Below, one piece after another: positions 60,052 to 64,000 of a DNA stretch of 64,000 nt. The stretch comes from Hormiphora californensis (lineage: Eukaryota > Animalia > Ctenophora): assembly GCA_020137815.1 (NCBI GenBank), contig CM035360.1, positions 2,666,001 through 2,730,000 on the forward strand. The letters are read 5' to 3'. A program made the position numbers and the translations under genes. Position 1 is the first letter of the stretch, and every line of letters starts with the position of its first letter. The notes under the pieces are model-generated. The model was given only the letters and a program-made list of their open reading frames with translations, was not told where the DNA came from and did no database searches.

Positions 60052-61714
60052 AAACTCTATTAGTAGCGTCATCTTCACACGGTCTAGTAATGATGGGGAT
60101 GCAGTTTAAACTTTCCCGTCTCAGGAGAAGTCAACGTAGATAGACCCTATTTAGGGTGATAGACCTAATAGCTATATTACAGGTCTATCACCTGCAGTAT
60201 AGAGAAGTCTCTTGATGCTGCCAGCTTATCAAATCGCGGCCTGGACTAGATCGAGAGATGTTTTACTCGATCAGCAGCTGATGTTGCACAATGAAATTGG
60301 TAGAAGCCAAACAATATAATATACTGCCCCGGGGTGATCCGGTGCTAGTGATCCAGCTAATGTAGTATTAGACATTAGATCAGTAAGAAACTTCTCGCAG
60401 CTCTACTAATTGATTCAAAACACGGAAGTATAAGACAAAATAAATACTGATCGCTTCAATTAATCTGATCTGATGTGGGGCGCAAGAAAAATAGCACTGC
60501 TTTTTAAATAAAAGATAACCGTCCTGCCTGAGAGAGTTCGTATAATATTGTGCTTGGAAAACCACAAGATGCATGTTTTGTCCCCCCTCCCACAAGCACT
60601 TGAGTCAAGAGTGTTGTTTACAGTATCAACAATCAACTGTTAAATCTTTTCTTCCTTCTTCTTCTTCTTCTTAGAAGTGAAACAATACTTTCATTTAAAT
60701 ATACTTTCCGCAGAATTTCTAAGCAGGGATTTATTTGAAATTATCTTCTAATGGCCTATTCAGTCTCTAAACAAGCATGGTAATTTGAATTGAAGGCAAT
60801 ATATCAGCGAGTATATAAGTTTTAAACTAGTTATTGCATTTATTTGCCTAGCTAGACTTGGAGGGTTAGAACATAACAAGCATTTATTATGTACCTCCAT
60901 CTTCTTACCACAATCTCAATCAATAGTTTAAAAGATCACATGCACTCGACCACTCTGGTCAACATAGAACATTGGATACTCAGATAATTTTATAAAGGGT
61001 TATTTAGGATAATAATGGGATACATATTGCATGTGGTTTAGAAGCAGTCCAGCCAAGATGATATTAGATAATAATATATTAGAGCTCTACTTAGACCAGC
61101 CAATATGATAATATGTGCAGACAAAGCGGAGGGGAGTACGTGAAAATATCTATCCGGCATTCCTGTAGCTAATAGATCTTTAGAGGGAAGATAGGAAAAC
61201 AGAGATTCCTGTGATATGCATGTTCTTTTCAAATCATGGAAATTAGAAGAAACACACATGTTAGATCTACTGCAAGTGATAGATTGAGATAGAGGATAGA
61301 TAGAGAAGATCCATTATTCCACGTGATATAAGATAGATAGGAGATAGATAGGATGAAGTGCAGTACAAATCAGTAAGACACCTTCTACAAATCAGTTCAT
61401 CATGTGTGCAGTAATGATCATGTGTGAGATATTAGTTCATCTTACTTCAGGAATTTAATTCATTTACAAACACACACGTACGCAGAACAACAAGTAAAAG
61501 TATATTTAAAGAACCAGTATTAATTTAGTTAATTAAAGTTTTGTTTTCAGACCAGTCACACGTACGCAGAACAACAAGTAGTAGTATATTTAAAGAACCA
61601 GTATATTAATTTAGTTAATTAAAGTTTTGTTTTCAGACCAGTCAAGGATCATTCCAGTTAAACATATCGCCATTACTGATCGATGAAAATGACGAGGAAG
61701 AGGAACTAAAACAG
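50355..61714 (+). CDS. RSPH10B: Radial spoke head 10B-like MORN-repeat protein, 5' exons (50355-50539, 50651-50795, 50959-51132, 51377-51583, 53209-53416, 56513-56628, 61637-61714); continues past the window
   Basis: About 10 MORN repeats (YxGxWxxGxxHGxG) with RSPH10B-type spacers LTSIIIDSYE, GIQHGEGTQTW..SQLPQKNEYMG and YASGARYEGEW. All junctions are in frame; the window ends on an acceptor-like TTTCCCCAG. Confidence 0.85.
51783..52944. mobile_element. About 1.16-kb foldback element with internal sub-repeats, TA flanks
   Basis: TA|GGCCAGTCATATGA ... TCATATGACTGGCC|TA; long inverted arms centred near 52285. Confidence 0.8.
53531..54837 (-). CDS. Class A (rhodopsin-like) GPCR nested antisense in an RSPH10B intron; exons 54837-54726 and 54531-53531
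   Basis: 7 hydrophobic segments, TM1 GN formed by splicing, TM2 Asp, TM3 Cys, SITRT in place of DRY, TM7 NATLNPFIY, Ser/Arg-rich tail. Confidence 0.88.
55275..56258. mobile_element. TTAA-flanked MITE (Kolobok-like) with an internal ~140-bp-arm palindrome (55622-55926)
   Basis: TTAA|GGCCAGAGGGGGG ... CCCCCCTCTGGCC|TTAA; many GAGGTTAAC motifs. Confidence 0.8.
59360..60050. repeat. Degenerate (AG)n/(CT)n tract
   Basis: Low-complexity sequence; other (CT)/(AG) tracts at 16349, 30062, 33740, 42130 and 58146. Confidence 0.85.
60844..60879 (+). mobile_element. 36-bp micro-element with 8-bp TSD; relatives at 13801-13868, 32545-32602 (-), 36777-36833 and 54872-54915 (-)
   Basis: GCATTTAT|TTGCCTAGCTAGACT-TG-GAGGGTTAGAACATAACAA|GCATTTAT. 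Confidence 0.7.
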
Positions 61715-62601
61715 GTATGTTATAGCTCAGTGTTAAAATATGTCTAGGTATACAACTCGAGTAGAGCTGGGGCCATGCAATCGCTAAAGCAGGTATTATA
61801 TGTCTTAAAAACTAAGTGTGATCAAAATCATTGGTATACTGCAATGGTTATCCCTAACGCCATCTCTGACCTGGCTTTGCCTCACGAATAATTGGGTTTA
61901 TATATTTTGCTCCAAAAACTATCCCTCTGCTCATCAAAACAGTAGTATTACTGTTACTAATGACCAATAGGATAGTTTTTGGAGGAATAACAGGGAACAG
62001 CAGGCGCATCTTAATAATCTCTCTGATGGTAACACAATGACGTTGCAGAGGATTGTTAATACCCGGATTTGAGGCACCATTTCACCATTACACCACATAA
62101 AGCTATCCCCATCATGACGCGGGATCAAAGAGTGCTGCTGACAATTTACTAATAGGACCCTTATATATTGAGTATTTCTAAATATAAGAAAGGCAGACAA
62201 AAAATAATGGCCCTTTGCCTTGTTTGACCCTCTATCTCTCCATTCTACATGGCCCTCAGCTCAGTTTACTGGGAAACTGCTTGGTTAGGGGAACAACAAA
62301 AAGTTCTAATTTGTCTCCTCTTCTATAATATAAATATCTTCGTCTCCCCGTCCTAATCTTATAATAAGCTACAATGCTTTTCCTAAGCCGTTCGTTTGAC
62401 CTATCTGACATACTCATTTCCTCTCTGTAAAGGAGGGCTAGATCATATAACAATCATTCAAGACTCAAGTATAAATGAACAATAATAGCTGACATGCAGT
62501 CTGCAGAATAATCAATAACGATAACTGACAACAATACGTGTCTGCTATGAACAACTCAAATTATCGCCCTATCTAATGAGACCAAGATAGTTTTCACGCC
62601 T

Positions 62602-63942
62602 CACGGCGTGCCTGGTGAAATTTTAACACGACCTAGCATGCAACGGGAAACCACCACTTGTACGTGGTAGCTGAGGGTCTACAGAATGGCGCTACGGTGC
62701 GGGAAAAAAAAGTCCATGCCCTAAAATCGTTTTTTTTACTTTTATTTGATTTGGGTCAAAATTGGCTATATTAAACGTGGTCCCGAAAAATCCATAATGA
62801 CTTAGCACACGAAATATGTCACCCCCACCTATTTTTGCACGTAGAATCGATTGCCGTTGAAGTCGAATCTCTAAAATGACTGTAAAATGGTCAAAAGCTG
62901 ATTTTTTACCATTTTTTGGAGGTTTTTGGCCCCTAAACCATTGAAAACGTTGAGATAGGAATTTGAAACTAGTGCCAATCGTTAAAATGGTCATTTTTCT
63001 ACCAAGAACCAAGTTTTCGTGTATATCCGATTTATTGTTAGATTTGGGCAAATTGTTGAAATCTGCCAACTAGGAGAACCGTAACTTGATTTTCTTGTTT
63101 TTTGGATTTTGGCATTTTTGACAAACTTCTGATTGAAATGGTCAATCGGGACCATGCTTAAGTTGTTTATAGGACAATTTTCGACTAAAATCCAAGATTT
63201 CATACCAATCCAATAACAGATCGTTGATTTATAGAAAATTTAAGTAGGAAAAACGGTCAAAATAAGTAAGAAAAGTTGTCATTTTGACCGTTTTGCCTAC
63301 TTAAGTTTTCTATAAATCAACGATCTGTTATTGGATTGGTATGAAATCTTGGATTTTAGTCGAAAATTGTCCTATAAACAACTTAAGCATGGTCCCGATT
63401 GACCATTTCAATCAGAAGTTTGTCAAAAATGCCAAAATCCAAAAAAACAAGAAAATCAAGTTACGGTTCTCCTAGTTGGCAGATTTCAACAATTTGCCCA
63501 AATCTAACCATAAATCGGATATACACGAAAACTTGGTTCTTGGTAGAAAAATGACCATTTTAACGATTGGCACTAGTTTCAAATTCCTATCTCAACGTTT
63601 TCAATGGTTTAGGGGCCAAAAACCTCCAAAAAATGGTAAAAATCAGCTTTTGACCATTTTACAGTCATTTTAGAGATTCGACTTTAACGGCAATCGATTC
63701 TACGTGCAAAAATAGGTGGGGGTGACATATTTCGTGTACTAAGTCATTATGGATTTTTCGGGACCACGTTTAATATAGCCAATTTTGACCCAAATCAAAT
63801 AAAAGTAAAAAAAACGATTTTAGGGCATGGACTTTTTTTTCCCGCACCGTAGCGCCATTCTGTAGACCCTCAGCTACCACGTACAAGTGGTGGTTTCCCG
63901 TTGCATGCTAGGTCGTGTTAAAATTTCACCAGGCACGCCGTG
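62602..63942. mobile_element. About 1.34-kb near-perfect foldback in an RSPH10B intron
   Basis: CACGGCGTGCCTGGTGAAA ... TTTCACCAGGCACGCCGTG; arms of about 660 bp, centre near 63270; no TSD seen. Confidence 0.85.
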
Positions 63943-64000
63943 GCCTCCACGGTCAAGTTGTCTGGAGAAAGTATATATATGCCTTTTTGAATTTCCCCAG

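Noticed and set aside
56700-62500. Short ORFs in the long RSPH10B introns, including RE/LS-rich ORFs at 59316-60109 and 61934-62453
   Set aside because: Microsatellite translations or apparently error-rich sequence; no coherent domain could be supported.

Overview
Eukaryotic, intron-containing animal genomic DNA, most likely a cydippid ctenophore (Pleurobrachia-like). This assignment is inferred from repeat families I recall from Pleurobrachia gene models, a C..PYAYLNG..CC domain, a ctenophore-type GPCR and nested genes; it was not verified by search. Recognisable genes are DPH6, SLC39A11/ZIP11, EIF1AD, MRPS23, SEL1L and RSPH10B (5' part). There is also an antisense-nested class A GPCR, a secreted LDL-A protein, a Shisa/CYYR1-like membrane protein and several orphans. 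Mobile elements are dense: RTEX-like, CR1-like and RNase H-bearing LINEs, an intact hAT transposase ORF, and many MITEs and foldbacks. The most notable observations are: (1) a family of 36-68 bp asymmetric micro-elements with 8-bp target duplications, one of which forms the 5' end of a CR1 unit; (2) a 74-nt tRNA-like sequence at the centre of an inverted-repeat element, split by a 1.4-kb TTAA foldback; (3) repeated micro-duplications spanning splice sites; (4) a GAAA-tetraloop-rich structured segment at a LINE 3' end; (5) a 63-bp satellite carried inside a TIR/TSD element; (6) an operon-like same-strand gene run. Some frameshifts and noisy stretches probably reflect assembly error. Exon coordinates were read by eye.
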